Source: Planctomycetota bacterium (GTDB lineage: Bacteria; Planctomycetota; B15-G4; SIAN01). Taken from it: 64,000 nucleotides of DNA. The position numbers and the translations under genes are program-made. The stretch spans positions 1 to 64,000 of the forward strand of contig JANNXA010000014.1 in the NCBI GenBank assembly GCA_031409275.1, in the 5' to 3' direction. Numbering within the stretch: the stretch's first letter is position 1; each line of letters opens with the position of its first letter. Shown piece after piece: positions 1-10,059 of this stretch. The notes under the pieces were generated by a model. It had not been told where the DNA came from, ran no database searches, and was given only the letters and a program-made list of their open reading frames with translations.

Positions 1-925
1 CGGCGCGCCCCGCGCGCCCCCCCCCGCGGCGCGCCCGCCCCGGCCCCACCCCGCCCCGCTCCCCCCCCGCCCCCCCCCCCCCCGCCCGCGCCGCGCGCGG
101 CGCCAGCCCGACCAGCTCGCTCTCGAGGATCTCGACGCCGGCGGCGCGGGCCAGCTTCTCGATCGCCGAGTAGACCTGCTCGATCGACGTCACCGAGAAG
201 TTGGTCAGGTTCATCGAGACCTGCGCGAGTTTGCGATCCTCGAGGAAGAAACCCAACGCCTTGACGCACTTCATGCCGCCATCGCGTTCGCGGATCTGCT
301 TGGCGATCGCCTTGGCGAGCTTCACGTCCTCGCTCTTCAGGTTGACGTTGTAGGCGACCAGGAAGAAGCGGGCGCCGACCGCAGTGGCGCCGGCCGTCGG
401 GTGGATTCGCGGCGGCCCGAAGTCGGGATGACGCGCCGGATCCTTGCCGATCAGGTCGCGCAGTCCTTCGAACTGGCCGTTGCGCACGTCGGCAAGGTTG
501 CGCCGCTCGGGGCGCGTGGCGGCCTCCTCGTAGAAGAAGACCGGGATCTGCAGCTCGTCGCCGATGCGCCGGCCCACTCGGCGCGCGAGCGCGACGCAAG
601 CTTCCATCGTGGTGCCACGCACGGGCACGAACGGCAGCACGTCGGTCGCCCCCATGCGCGGGTGCTCGCCCTTGTGGACCGTGAGATCGATGCGCTCGCG
701 CGCCTTGGCGACGCACGCGAACGCCGCCTTCTCCACCTCCGCGATGCGCCCCGCGAACGTCACCACGGAGCGATGGTGGTTGGCGTCGAGCTCCGAGTCG
801 AGCACGCGCACGTCGCCGGCCGCGAGCGCCGCAGCGACGATCTCGGCGACCACTTCGGGACGCCGCCCCTCCGCGAAGTTGGGGACGCACTCGACGATCT
901 CGGCCGCAGGCAACGCCTCGTTCAT
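1..925 (-). CDS. ftcd: Glutamate formimidoyltransferase (3'-partial; reads credibly to ~nt 89, then runs into low-complexity sequence)
   Basis: Own translation from ATG 925: MNEALPAAEIVECVPNFAEGRR...DANHHRSVVTF...HPRMGATDVLPFVP...GARFFLVAYNVNL...ESELVGL. ATGA overlap with the hutI stop. Confidence 0.9.
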   Translation of the reverse strand, partial: MNEALPAAEIVECVPNFAEGRRPEVVAEIVAAALAAGDVRVLDSELDANHHRSVVTFAGRIAEVEKAAFACVAKARERIDLTVHKGEHPRMGATDVLPFVPVRGTTMEACVALARRVGRRIGDELQIPVFFYEEAATRPERRNLADVRNGQFEGLRDLIGKDPARHPDFGPPRIHPTAGATAVGARFFLVAYNVNLKSEDVKLAKAIAKQIRERDGGMKCVKALGFFLEDRKLAQVSMNLTNFSVTSIEQVYSAIEKLARAAGVEILESELVGLAPRAARAGGGGAGGERGGVGPGRARRGGGRAGRA

Positions 926-2193
926 GTTCGATCTCGCAAAGGGGCTGGATCCGTGACGACCCATTGGCCGCGGGCCAGCACCCGGTCGATGGGGCCTTCC
1001 GACATCCGATACCCGAGCAGATGGTGGCTGCGGCCGCGAATCAGCACCGCGTCCGCGGAGAGGCCGGGCAGCAGCGCTCCGCACTCGTTGGCGAGGCCAA
1101 GCGACGCCGCGGCATTGGCCGTCGCCGCGGTCAGCGCCTGCGCGATCGTGAGGCGCAGGACACCACACGCCAGCGCGATCAGCAGCAACGGCGACTGCAG
1201 ATAGGAGGTGCCGGGATTGAAGTCGGTCGCGAGCGCCACCGGCAATCCGCGCTCGATCATCCGCCGCGCCGGCGGCGGCGACTTCGCCAGCGCGAAGACG
1301 GTGCCCGGCAACAGGATCGGCATCACTTGCGCCGCCCCCATCGCATCGATGGCCGCATCGTCGACGTGGATCAGGTGGTCGGCGCTCGCCGCATGCAGTT
1401 CCGCGGCGAGCATGGCCCCGCCGCTCTTCCCGAGTTCCTCGGCGTGGATGCGCAAACCCAGGCCGAGGTCGCGCGCGGCACCGAGCACGACGCGCGACTC
1501 CTCGACGGTGAACGCGCCGACGTCGCAGAAGACGTCGCAATAGCGCGCGAGCCCGCGCCGCTTCACTTCCGGCAACATCTGCGTCGCGAGTTCGCGCACG
1601 TAGTCGCCACGCCGTTCCCGGAACTCCCTGGGAACCTGGTGCGCCCCAAGGAAGGTCGGCACGACGCGCAACGGCAGCGCCGCCGCCTCGCGCGCCAGCA
1701 GTTCGAGCGAGCGGTGCTCGTCGTGCCAGTTGAGACCGTAGCCGCTCTTGCACTCCACCGTCGTCGTGCCGGCCGCCAGGAAGCCGCGCAAGTGGCCGCG
1801 CAGGCAGGCGGACAGGGTGGCATCGTCGGCCGCGCGCAGGTCGTCGACCGAACGGAAGATGCCGCCCCCCTGCTGCGTGATCGCCTCGTAGGAAACGCCC
1901 CGAAGTCGCAAGTCGAACTCGCGTTCGCGCGTGGCGACGAAGGCGGGATGGGTGTGGGCGTCGACGAAACCCGGCACGATGAAGCAGCCGCTCGCGTCGT
2001 GCAGTGTGCGCGCGCGGTAGCGCGCCAGCAGATCGCCGGTCGGCCCCACCGCCTCGATGCGCCCATCCTTCACCGCAAGCGCGCCGTCGCGCACGACCAT
2101 CAGCTGGTCCTGCAGCACGCCACACCGCGGGCCGCGACCGGCCGGTGAGGCGATCTCCTCGGCATGGACCACCAGCAGATCGACCTCGGTCAT
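922..2193 (-). CDS. hutI: Imidazolonepropionase
   Basis: PGFVDAHTH, GTTTVECKSGYG, HAEEL, SADHL and ATDFNPGTS motifs; start taken at MTEVDLL; next to ftcd. Confidence 0.93.
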   Translation of the reverse strand: MTEVDLLVVHAEEIASPAGRGPRCGVLQDQLMVVRDGALAVKDGRIEAVGPTGDLLARYRARTLHDASGCFIVPGFVDAHTHPAFVATREREFDLRLRGVSYEAITQQGGGIFRSVDDLRAADDATLSACLRGHLRGFLAAGTTTVECKSGYGLNWHDEHRSLELLAREAAALPLRVVPTFLGAHQVPREFRERRGDYVRELATQMLPEVKRRGLARYCDVFCDVGAFTVEESRVVLGAARDLGLGLRIHAEELGKSGGAMLAAELHAASADHLIHVDDAAIDAMGAAQVMPILLPGTVFALAKSPPPARRMIERGLPVALATDFNPGTSYLQSPLLLIALACGVLRLTIAQALTAATANAAASLGLANECGALLPGLSADAVLIRGRSHHLLGYRMSEGPIDRVLARGQWVVTDPAPLRDRT

Positions 2194-2356
2194 GGCGTCC
2201 TCGTACCGCAGAAGTGGCGGGCGATTGTACGGCGAGCCGCGCAGCCGCAGCCCGCCGCTCCCGCAGCCCGATCCGCAGCGGGCGCCGCCGGCCAGGTCCG
2301 AAAAGAGTTCCTGGCAGGCGATGCCGTGAAGCGGCCGATCTAGGCCCTGGGCTCCG

Positions 2357-3295
2357 ATGGAGCCCGCCACCATGCCTCACCACCACACTCCCCCCGTTGT
2401 TCAGCGCAAGCTTCGCGCGCCGCCGCTTCGTGCGCCGCGCACGGCAGCGGCAACGTCGCTGGCACGACTCCAGGACGCCTTCGCGACGCTGTTGCAGGCG
2501 ACGACGCCACGCGCGCTGCGGAAAGCGCTCGCGGAAAGCGCCGCGTTGATCCTGCCGGGCATCCCGCCACGCGTGACCTCGCGCGGCGCTGCGCGCAGCC
2601 GCGGGACGACGCGCACGCTCGTGCCGCGCGGCAGCGGTCGGGGCTCGATCGCACTGGAACTCCCCGCCGGCGCGGACGGCTCACTCGCGAAGCGGCTCGC
2701 CCTGCAATTGCTGGTCGACTTCGCTGGTCAGGTGCATGCACGGCTGCGCCTCGCCGCGCGTGGCGAGCGACTGCGCGAAGAGGCGGAACATGACTTCCTG
2801 ACCGGCATCTTCAACCGCCGACTCGCGATGCGCCTGCTCGATCGCGAGTTGCATCAGGCGCGACGCCGCCATCGCCCGCTGGCGCTGGTGATGGTCGACG
2901 TCGACAACTTCAAGACGTTCAACGACCACCACGGCCATCAAGCCGGCGACGACGTGCTGCGTCAGCTGGCGCGCCTCATCGCGGTGACGGCGCGCGCCAG
3001 CGACATCGTCGGCCGCTTCGGTGGCGAGGAGTTCCTGATCGCGCTGCCCGACACCTCGATCGAGGACGCCGCGCTGTTCGCCGAGCGGCTGCGCCAGGAG
3101 GTCGAGCGCTACGGCAAGCTCGAGCTCGCGCGCTACGGCGACCATCCGCCGACCATCTCGATCGGCGTCTGCCCCATCACGCCCGATGACACGCTCGAGT
3201 CGGCGATCGAACGCGCCGACCGCGCGCTCTACGAATCGAAGAGTCGCGGCCGCAACTGCTTCTCGCTCGGCCTGAGCAAGGGAGTCCCGCCGTGA
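2357..3295 (+). CDS. Diguanylate cyclase (GGDEF domain)
   Basis: DFLTGIFNRR, DVDNFKTFND, GHQAGD, RASD (RxxD I-site) and GGEEF active site, ADRALYESKSRGRN. Alternative start at 2372. Confidence 0.92.
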   Translation: MEPATMPHHHTPPVVQRKLRAPPLRAPRTAAATSLARLQDAFATLLQATTPRALRKALAESAALILPGIPPRVTSRGAARSRGTTRTLVPRGSGRGSIALELPAGADGSLAKRLALQLLVDFAGQVHARLRLAARGERLREEAEHDFLTGIFNRRLAMRLLDRELHQARRRHRPLALVMVDVDNFKTFNDHHGHQAGDDVLRQLARLIAVTARASDIVGRFGGEEFLIALPDTSIEDAALFAERLRQEVERYGKLELARYGDHPPTISIGVCPITPDDTLESAIERADRALYESKSRGRNCFSLGLSKGVPP

Positions 3296-5286
3296 ACGAC
3301 CCGACCCTCGACGGCGATCGCCTGCTCGACGTCCGCCATCGCGACCTGCGCATCGCCACGACGCTGGTCATCGCGGCGTTGGCGGGCGGACTCGCGATCC
3401 TCTGGCCGGCAGTGCAAGAGCGCGTGGTCGCCCGCTTCGGCCCCTTCTTCCCGTCGCGATTCCTGCTCGGCGAGCTGATGGCGCTGGTCGCGCTGTTCGT
3501 CATCCACGTCTGGCGCAAGGCGGGCCACATCGAGCGCCTGGTCGCGCGTCTGCTGGCGGAACGCGATCGCCGCGAAGCGCTCGCGGTGCGCCTCGCGCAG
3601 GCGCGCGCCGTGCTGGAGGCGTCGGCGCAGCTGCAGCTCGATGACGACGCCGGCGCGTCGCTGAAACGAATCCTGCAATGCGTGACCGAAGCGCTCGCGG
3701 CGGAGCGCGGCATCCTGTGGCGCCTGCGCGGCGAAGGGCGCGCCCCCGAGCGCGAGGCGCTTTTTCCCTCGAACGCCGTCGCTCCCGATCCGCTCCAGCA
3801 CGCGCTGGAGGATGAGATCGCGCGCAAGGTGATCAGCAGCGGGGCGCGGCTGATCGTCGCCCCCGACAGCAACCTGAAGGCGCTCGGTCTCGACTCGGCG
3901 CGCCCGCGTGGCGAGTCGCAACTGCTGGTCGCGACTCCGCTGCTGCTCGATGGCAAGCCGGTCGGCGCGCTGCTGCTCTGCGAGCCGAAGGCCGAAGCGG
4001 GCGACACCGAAACGCCTCTCGACCTGCTCGAAGTGTTCGCCGGATTCGCGGCAGGCGTGCTGCGCAACCTGCGCCTGTTCCAGGCGATCGCGCGCCGCAA
4101 TGACGAGCTCATGCGCACCCGCCAGCTGCTGTGCGACCACCAACGCGAGCTCGCCGAGATCGACGCCGTGGCGACCATGTCGTGCGTGGCGAAGAGCCTC
4201 GCGCATGGTCTCTCCGGCCCGCTCACCGCGATCAACGGATTCGTCGACGTCGTGATGACGGCGCCGCCGCAGGGCCTCACGTTGCAGAGCGCGCGCGACG
4301 GCTTGCGCCACGAGATCGGCGAGCTCAAGCAGCGGCTGCAAAGCGTGGTCGAGTTCACGCGGACGTGGCGACGCGAGTACGGCGTCGTCGACCTGAACCA
4401 GATGGTCGAGACCGCGGTCGCGCTGCACACCGAACCGCTGCGCATGCGCGGGATCGGGTGCCGCTTCGAGCCGCACGTCGGCCTCCCGTTCACCGTCGCC
4501 GACCCGACCCGGTTGCGCCAGGCCTTCTTGAGCCTGCTCACGTTCCTGCGCGGCGCGCTGCGCGAAGGCAAGGGACGCGAGGTGCGAGTGCGAACGCTGC
4601 CCGACGGCCGCGATCTGCGCGTGCAGTTCGATTTCCCGGGCCGCTCCGACCTCGAGTCGTTGTGCGCGCCGCTGCTCGATCCCAACGTCGACATCGAACG
4701 GCTGAAGAGCGAGAACCACGTCGAGCTGCCGGTCGCGATGGCGATCCTGCGTGACCATCGAGGCACCGTCGAGCTGCACCTGCGTGACGATGGCTCCACT
4801 CGCCTCGAAGTGCAGCTGCCGATCCTCGACGCCGCGCCCGAGCAGGTCCGCGCCGCACCGGCCACCGACGAAACGCTCGACCAGGTGCTCGCGCGCATCT
4901 TCGGCGAGGAGCCGGCAGCGACGGCAGCGACGGCAGCGATGCCCGCGTCGGTGGCGCCACGCCCCGTCCCACCGGCGCGACCGATGGCCGTGGTCGCGCC
5001 GCCCCTCGAACCATCCGCACCAGCGTCAGCCGCCGAAGGCGCGCTACCGGCAGCGCTGCCGCAGAGCCGCCTGCTCGCGGCCGCGCCGAAGAACGTCGGT
5101 ACCGCCGAAGGCGCCGGCCTCGAGGCGCTGTTCGGTCCGGGCGATCTGTTCCAGGGCGGCACTCCGCGAGCGGCGCCCAAGCGCGTCACTCCTCCCACGC
5201 CTCGTCGCGCCATGGTGGAGCAGTCCGAGCTCGACGAAGTGCTCTCCTTCTTCGATCGCGAGGAGAAGCCGCCGAAGGGCGCCTGA
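3292..5286 (+). CDS. Membrane GAF + histidine-kinase-like protein with a degenerate ATPase domain and Pro/Ala-rich tail
   Basis: Two N-terminal hydrophobic segments, GAF-like PLLLDGKPVGAL, H-box-like LAHGLSGPLTAINGF, and DPTRLRQAF; canonical N/G boxes not visible. Confidence 0.7.
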   Translation: MNDPTLDGDRLLDVRHRDLRIATTLVIAALAGGLAILWPAVQERVVARFGPFFPSRFLLGELMALVALFVIHVWRKAGHIERLVARLLAERDRREALAVRLAQARAVLEASAQLQLDDDAGASLKRILQCVTEALAAERGILWRLRGEGRAPEREALFPSNAVAPDPLQHALEDEIARKVISSGARLIVAPDSNLKALGLDSARPRGESQLLVATPLLLDGKPVGALLLCEPKAEAGDTETPLDLLEVFAGFAAGVLRNLRLFQAIARRNDELMRTRQLLCDHQRELAEIDAVATMSCVAKSLAHGLSGPLTAINGFVDVVMTAPPQGLTLQSARDGLRHEIGELKQRLQSVVEFTRTWRREYGVVDLNQMVETAVALHTEPLRMRGIGCRFEPHVGLPFTVADPTRLRQAFLSLLTFLRGALREGKGREVRVRTLPDGRDLRVQFDFPGRSDLESLCAPLLDPNVDIERLKSENHVELPVAMAILRDHRGTVELHLRDDGSTRLEVQLPILDAAPEQVRAAPATDETLDQVLARIFGEEPAATAATAAMPASVAPRPVPPARPMAVVAPPLEPSAPASAAEGALPAALPQSRLLAAAPKNVGTAEGAGLEALFGPGDLFQGGTPRAAPKRVTPPTPRRAMVEQSELDEVLSFFDREEKPPKGA

Positions 5287-5327
5287 AACCAGGAATCGGC
5301 CAGGTCCGAGTCGAGCGGGCCGCGCGC

Positions 5328-6407
5328 TCAGACGTGACCGTCGAGCCCGCGGCGCTGCTTCACCTGCTCGAGCAGGAGCTTCACCTCTTCGGCGCGCTCC
5401 TTCTTGCAGACCAGCGTGACATCCGCGGTGTGGATGACGACGAGGTCATCGACGCCCAGCAGCGCGACGAGCCCGCCGCCGGAATCGACGATGTTGCCGC
5501 GCGCCTCGTGCGCCACGAGTTCGCCAAGCGCGACGTTGCCGGCCGCATCGGCGGCGTTCGCACGCGCCAACGCCGGGAACGATCCGACGTCGTCCCACTC
5601 GTAGTCGGGCAGCACCAGCGCGCGCCGCTCCGCCCCTTCCATCACTCCGCGATCGATGGCGAGCTTGGGCAGCGTCGGAAAGAGGCGCACGAGCGTCTCC
5701 TCGAAGCGCGGAGTGCCGATCGTCGCAGCGATCGCGTCGAGCCCGAGCGCAAGCTCGGGAAGCTGCCGGCGCAGCTCGGCCTGCATCGCATCGGCGCGAA
5801 ACGCGAAGATCCCCGCGTTCCAGCTGTAGGCGCCGCTCGCGAGGTAGGCCTCGGCGCGCGCCTTCTCCGGCTTCTCATGGAAGCGCGCCACTTCGAAGCA
5901 GGGCAAGCCGGCGCGCGCTCCGAGCGGCGCGCCGCGCTCGATGTAGCCGTAGCCGGTCGCCGCCTCGGTCGGCGGGATCCCGAAGATGACGAGGCGACGC
6001 GGATCCTCGGCGATCTGCGTCGCCGCCGCCTCCGCCGCGACCGCGAAACGCGCGGCGGGCTCGATCCGATGGTCCGCGGGACAGACCAGCAGCGTCGCTT
6101 CCGGTTGGCGCGCCGCCACCAGCGTCGCCGCGAGCCCGACGGCCGCCGCGGTGTCGCGCGCGGCCGGTTCGCCGATGAGCTGCGCGGCGGGAACCTCCGG
6201 CAGCAGCTCGGCCGCGAGCGATCGATGGGCCGACGCGGTGATGACGAAGGTTCGCTCCGGCGGCGCGACGAGTCGGGTGCGGGCGAACGTCGCCGACAGG
6301 AGCGGACCGCCCGCGCCAAACGCCAGGAACTGCTTGGGTCGTCGCGCGCGGCTCTTCGGCCAGAAACGAGTCCCCGACCCGCCGGCGAGGATCACGGCGT
6401 AGTCCAT
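5328..6407 (-). CDS. manC: Mannose-1-phosphate guanylyltransferase
   Basis: ILAGGSGTRFWP, PKQFL, EPAARDTA, PADH, FHEKP, WNAGIF and WDDVGS motifs; start MDYAV. Confidence 0.92.
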   Translation of the reverse strand: MDYAVILAGGSGTRFWPKSRARRPKQFLAFGAGGPLLSATFARTRLVAPPERTFVITASAHRSLAAELLPEVPAAQLIGEPAARDTAAAVGLAATLVAARQPEATLLVCPADHRIEPAARFAVAAEAAATQIAEDPRRLVIFGIPPTEAATGYGYIERGAPLGARAGLPCFEVARFHEKPEKARAEAYLASGAYSWNAGIFAFRADAMQAELRRQLPELALGLDAIAATIGTPRFEETLVRLFPTLPKLAIDRGVMEGAERRALVLPDYEWDDVGSFPALARANAADAAGNVALGELVAHEARGNIVDSGGGLVALLGVDDLVVIHTADVTLVCKKERAEEVKLLLEQVKQRRGLDGHV

Positions 6408-9400
6408 CAGAAGCGCTCCGCCGCCGCGCTGCTGCGACGCGAGGAGGTGCGCGGCCGCTCGAGCCGCGGATCGAGTTCCTTCTGCGGCAGCGCGACCGGG
6501 TTCCACACCACTTCCGGCGAGCCATACGGTCCGGTGAAGCGGAACGCGCCGACCTGCCGCTCGAGCAGCGAGAAGAGCAGGTCCGCGACCCATCCGACCA
6601 GCGGCAGGTCGCGCACGAATCCGACTCCCGTGCGAACCTCGGGATAGAAGTCGAGTGCGAGTCGATCGGGACCGAGCGTCCCTTCGCCGCGCAGGATCAG
6701 CGGCTCGCCTTCGAGCTCGACCTTCGAGACGTTGACGTAGACGCCCTGCAACGCGAAGTCCATGGCGCCGCGCGTCCAGCGCGGAGGCTCGGCGTCGCCG
6801 CCACCGATCAACGGCAGCACGGCCAACGCGTAGAGCTTGTCGAACACCGGGATGCTCCAGAGCTTCGCGTCCTGGATGCGGACCGTCCCGCCGGCTTCGA
6901 GGTGAGTCAGCTCGCCGTCGCGAAACAGCGGCGCCGCGCGCCCGCGGAATCCGATCGACGCGTCGACGCGTCCCACCAGGGCGCGCATGCTGGCGCGATC
7001 GTCCCCGAGCAGGCGGCTCACGTCGGCCGTGAAGAGCTCCAAGCGTCCATCGAACGGCATCGGATCGGCGAGTTCGAGCGTGAGATGGTTCTTCTCGCGC
7101 AGCAGCCGACCGCCGGCGAAATCGCCAGTGATCCACGGCAACGTCAGGCGGCCATCGGCCAGCAACACGTCGGCGTCGATCGCGGCGAAACGCAGGTCAC
7201 CGACCGCGAGCGTCACCCCGCTGAGCCGCGCTTCCGATCGCACGTCGGCGACGGTGCCGTCCTTGCGCTCGTAGTTCAGGTCGACGATGTCGAGACGACC
7301 CGTGAGCTCGCGCAGCGTGTTGCCGGTGTAGAAGGTCCAGCCGCGCGCATCGATCTCTCCGCGCGCGCGCAGCCGCTGCAGCACGTCGCCGCGCTCGGCC
7401 AGCGCGAAGGTCAGCTCGCGCACCGCGACATGGGTGCGACCGAGCGGCCCGTACGCCGTCAACGCCTTGCGCCGCTCGTCGCCGAGCACGAGCTCGAGCC
7501 ACTCACCGAAGGAGAGCGACGAGATCTCGGCGTCGAGGCGCGCCGTGAGGCCCTCGTCGACGAAGTCGAAGCTCCCGCCGCCCACCACGATCGGCGCGTC
7601 GCCGATGAGACCTTCCAGTCGATCGAACGTGACGCGCTCGGCGGCGAGATCGACGCGCATCGCGCCGGCGTTCCAGCGCAACGGCAACGGCAGCCACGGC
7701 GGCTGCGCGGAGACTTCGGCGATGACGTCGATGGCCGTACCGAGCGGCCGCGCCGGAGCCAGCTCGAACGCGCCGAGCTTCACGGCGCCGGCGACCAGCT
7801 CGAGCGTGCCGCGCAGTCGCAGCGCCCCCGCCAGCTGATGGTGGACCAGGACATGCGCGACGGCGGGCGCCTGCGCGTCGACCGCGGAACGCAGCGCATC
7901 GTCGAGCGCGATCGAGTCGGCGACGAACTCGAAGCTGCCGTCGCGTCCATCGGCGCTGCGGCCGTGCAGCGCGACGATCCCGCCGGCCACCCGCCCGTTC
8001 AGACCGCCCTGCGTCTCGAGGTCCAGCGCGAACGGAGCGGAGCCGGTTCGCGCCAACTGCAGCGATCCACCCACGTCGGTCACCGTGATGCCACCGGGAA
8101 GGGCGAGCGTCGCCTGCCGCGGCCACAACGTCACGGTCTGTTCGAGCGGCGCTCCCGGCGCGGGCTTGCGCAGATGCACGGAGAAATCGAGCGAGCCCAT
8201 CGGCGCGAGCTGAGCGAGCCGCGCGGCGAGTTCTTCGCCGCCCGCGGCGCGGCACGCCTCGAGCAGTGCCTCGTCGATCGCGACCCCGCGCGCCTGCGCC
8301 GTCACCTCGAAGGGCGGGTCGGCCGGCCCGAGCGTGACCACGCCGTCGATCGTCATGGTGCCGCTCCCCGCCGTGCCACGCAGCGACACGACTCGAACCG
8401 CGTCGTGATCCACGCGCACGCTGCCCGAATCGAGCACGACGGCATACGGGAACGCACGCGGCTTCAAGGTGACGGCGCGCGGCGTGAGACCGATCGTCAG
8501 CGTGAACGTCTGGGCTTCATCGAGGGAGTAGCGCGCCTGCGCCGCGAACTTGCCGGAGAGGCCGAGCTCGGCGACCAGCTCGGGAACGATCGGGCCGAGC
8601 TCGTGGCCGACGGCGGCCAGCAGATCGGCGTCGAGCACGATCGCGTCGGCATCGACGCTTCCCGACAACGTGGCGCCGAGGATCTCGGCACTTGCGGCGG
8701 CGCTCGCGCCGCTGCGCGAAAAACCGACGACGTCGCGGAAGAACGAGTGCTTCTCGCTCGCCACGACCCGGCCGTGGATGCGCTCCATCGGCAGCGGAAA
8801 GCCGTGCCGGCGGCCGTCCTCGGTGACGAATCCGTGGAAGGTGCTCTCCATCTCTTCGAGATCGATGTCGAGCACGAGGTGCGGGGAAGCCTGTCCGCGC
8901 GCGCTCTCGACGGTCGCCGTGCACGAGTAGCGGCCCGACGGAGCGAACGACTCGAGGATCATGCGACCGATCTTGTCGCCCTGCAGCGCGGCCCGCATGT
9001 CGTCGTCGAGCGTGGCCCGATCGAGATGGGCGACGACACGGGTGGCCGCGCGGCCGGTGAGGTCGTCGATGCGTCCGCTCGCCGTCAGGTCGGCATCGCC
9101 GCAGCGTCCCCGGATCTCCTCGAGCAGGAGGCATCCGTCGCGCAACACGACGCGCCCTTCGAGGCGCGACAGCTTGGCGGGAAAGACCTCGGGACGCACC
9201 TCCACGTCTTGCAGTTCGAGATCGAGCGCGGGCACCAGCACGCCGTCGCGGTCGACGAGGCGTGCAGATCCGTAGACGCGGCCGGCGAGTTGGTTGACCT
9301 CGAGCCCATTCGCGAGGGCCGGAGCCGCCAGCCGTCGCAGCTCGGAGAAGTCGATCGCGGACGCAGGGTCGATGCGAACCGAGCCCTCGACCAGCCGACC

Positions 9401-10015
9401 CGAGCGGGTCGATGCCAGCAATTCGAGGCGAACGAAGCCGCACAGATTCAGCGTCGCGGTGATCAGCGCGAGGCCATCCGCGCCCGGCTCGACCTCCAGG
9501 GAATCGACCGACACGTTCGCGGCGACGGCGGGGGCGACGAAGTCGCGCAGCCGCTGCACCAGCGGCCCCTCGCCGCGCAGCTCGAGGACGCCCCCCTCGA
9601 TCCGCAGCGGCGGTGGCGAGCCCGTGCCCGGCTCGTTGGAACGGCGCAGTTCGAGCAGGTCGAAGCTTCCATCCGCGCGTTCGGTGGCGATGACGTGCGG
9701 CCGCTCCAGCACGACGCGGGCAAGGCGCGGCGGGAAGAGGCCGAGTTCCAGCGTCGCGCGATCGGCGGTGAAGAAAGGCACGCTCGCGGTCGGCAGGCGC
9801 GCCTCGAGTTCGCGCGCGCGAAATCGGCCATTCCATGGCCAATCAAGCTCACCGATCGACACGTCGGCACCGACCTGGCGCCCGACCGCGCGCGCGACCA
9901 GCCACTCGTCGATCGGCGTCAACGCCACGAGGAGCGCAAGCACGAGCATGATCGCGGCGGCCACGAGCGCGCGGCGGCGCCAACGGGAGCGCGAGGGAGT
10001 CGCTGGATTCGGCAC
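6407..10015 (-). CDS. AsmA/YhdP-like large periplasmic protein
   Basis: N-terminal membrane anchor, ~1200 aa of repetitive beta-rich sequence, AsmA-like C-terminus (LRGEGTL...FRFTGPYGSPEV). Confidence 0.7.
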   Translation of the reverse strand: MPNPATPSRSRWRRRALVAAAIMLVLALLVALTPIDEWLVARAVGRQVGADVSIGELDWPWNGRFRARELEARLPTASVPFFTADRATLELGLFPPRLARVVLERPHVIATERADGSFDLLELRRSNEPGTGSPPPLRIEGGVLELRGEGPLVQRLRDFVAPAVAANVSVDSLEVEPGADGLALITATLNLCGFVRLELLASTRSGRLVEGSVRIDPASAIDFSELRRLAAPALANGLEVNQLAGRVYGSARLVDRDGVLVPALDLELQDVEVRPEVFPAKLSRLEGRVVLRDGCLLLEEIRGRCGDADLTASGRIDDLTGRAATRVVAHLDRATLDDDMRAALQGDKIGRMILESFAPSGRYSCTATVESARGQASPHLVLDIDLEEMESTFHGFVTEDGRRHGFPLPMERIHGRVVASEKHSFFRDVVGFSRSGASAAASAEILGATLSGSVDADAIVLDADLLAAVGHELGPIVPELVAELGLSGKFAAQARYSLDEAQTFTLTIGLTPRAVTLKPRAFPYAVVLDSGSVRVDHDAVRVVSLRGTAGSGTMTIDGVVTLGPADPPFEVTAQARGVAIDEALLEACRAAGGEELAARLAQLAPMGSLDFSVHLRKPAPGAPLEQTVTLWPRQATLALPGGITVTDVGGSLQLARTGSAPFALDLETQGGLNGRVAGGIVALHGRSADGRDGSFEFVADSIALDDALRSAVDAQAPAVAHVLVHHQLAGALRLRGTLELVAGAVKLGAFELAPARPLGTAIDVIAEVSAQPPWLPLPLRWNAGAMRVDLAAERVTFDRLEGLIGDAPIVVGGGSFDFVDEGLTARLDAEISSLSFGEWLELVLGDERRKALTAYGPLGRTHVAVRELTFALAERGDVLQRLRARGEIDARGWTFYTGNTLRELTGRLDIVDLNYERKDGTVADVRSEARLSGVTLAVGDLRFAAIDADVLLADGRLTLPWITGDFAGGRLLREKNHLTLELADPMPFDGRLELFTADVSRLLGDDRASMRALVGRVDASIGFRGRAAPLFRDGELTHLEAGGTVRIQDAKLWSIPVFDKLYALAVLPLIGGGDAEPPRWTRGAMDFALQGVYVNVSKVELEGEPLILRGEGTLGPDRLALDFYPEVRTGVGFVRDLPLVGWVADLLFSLLERQVGAFRFTGPYGSPEVVWNPVALPQKELDPRLERPRTSSRRSSAAAERF

Positions 10016-10059
10016 GGCGAGAGCTTACTCGCGCGGGCGGTGCGAGCCGCCGCCGAGAG

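Noticed and set aside
1..88. Nearly pure C/G tract interrupting ftcd
   Set aside because: Poly-C low complexity at the window edge; most likely a sequencing or contig-end artefact rather than biology or pseudogenisation.
5328..7136. Long N-terminal extensions in the ORF track (manC, hutI, tsaB, rpmB, MsbA-like, tsaD and others)
   Set aside because: They overlap upstream genes; internal starts with RBS or stop/start overlaps match the family N-termini.
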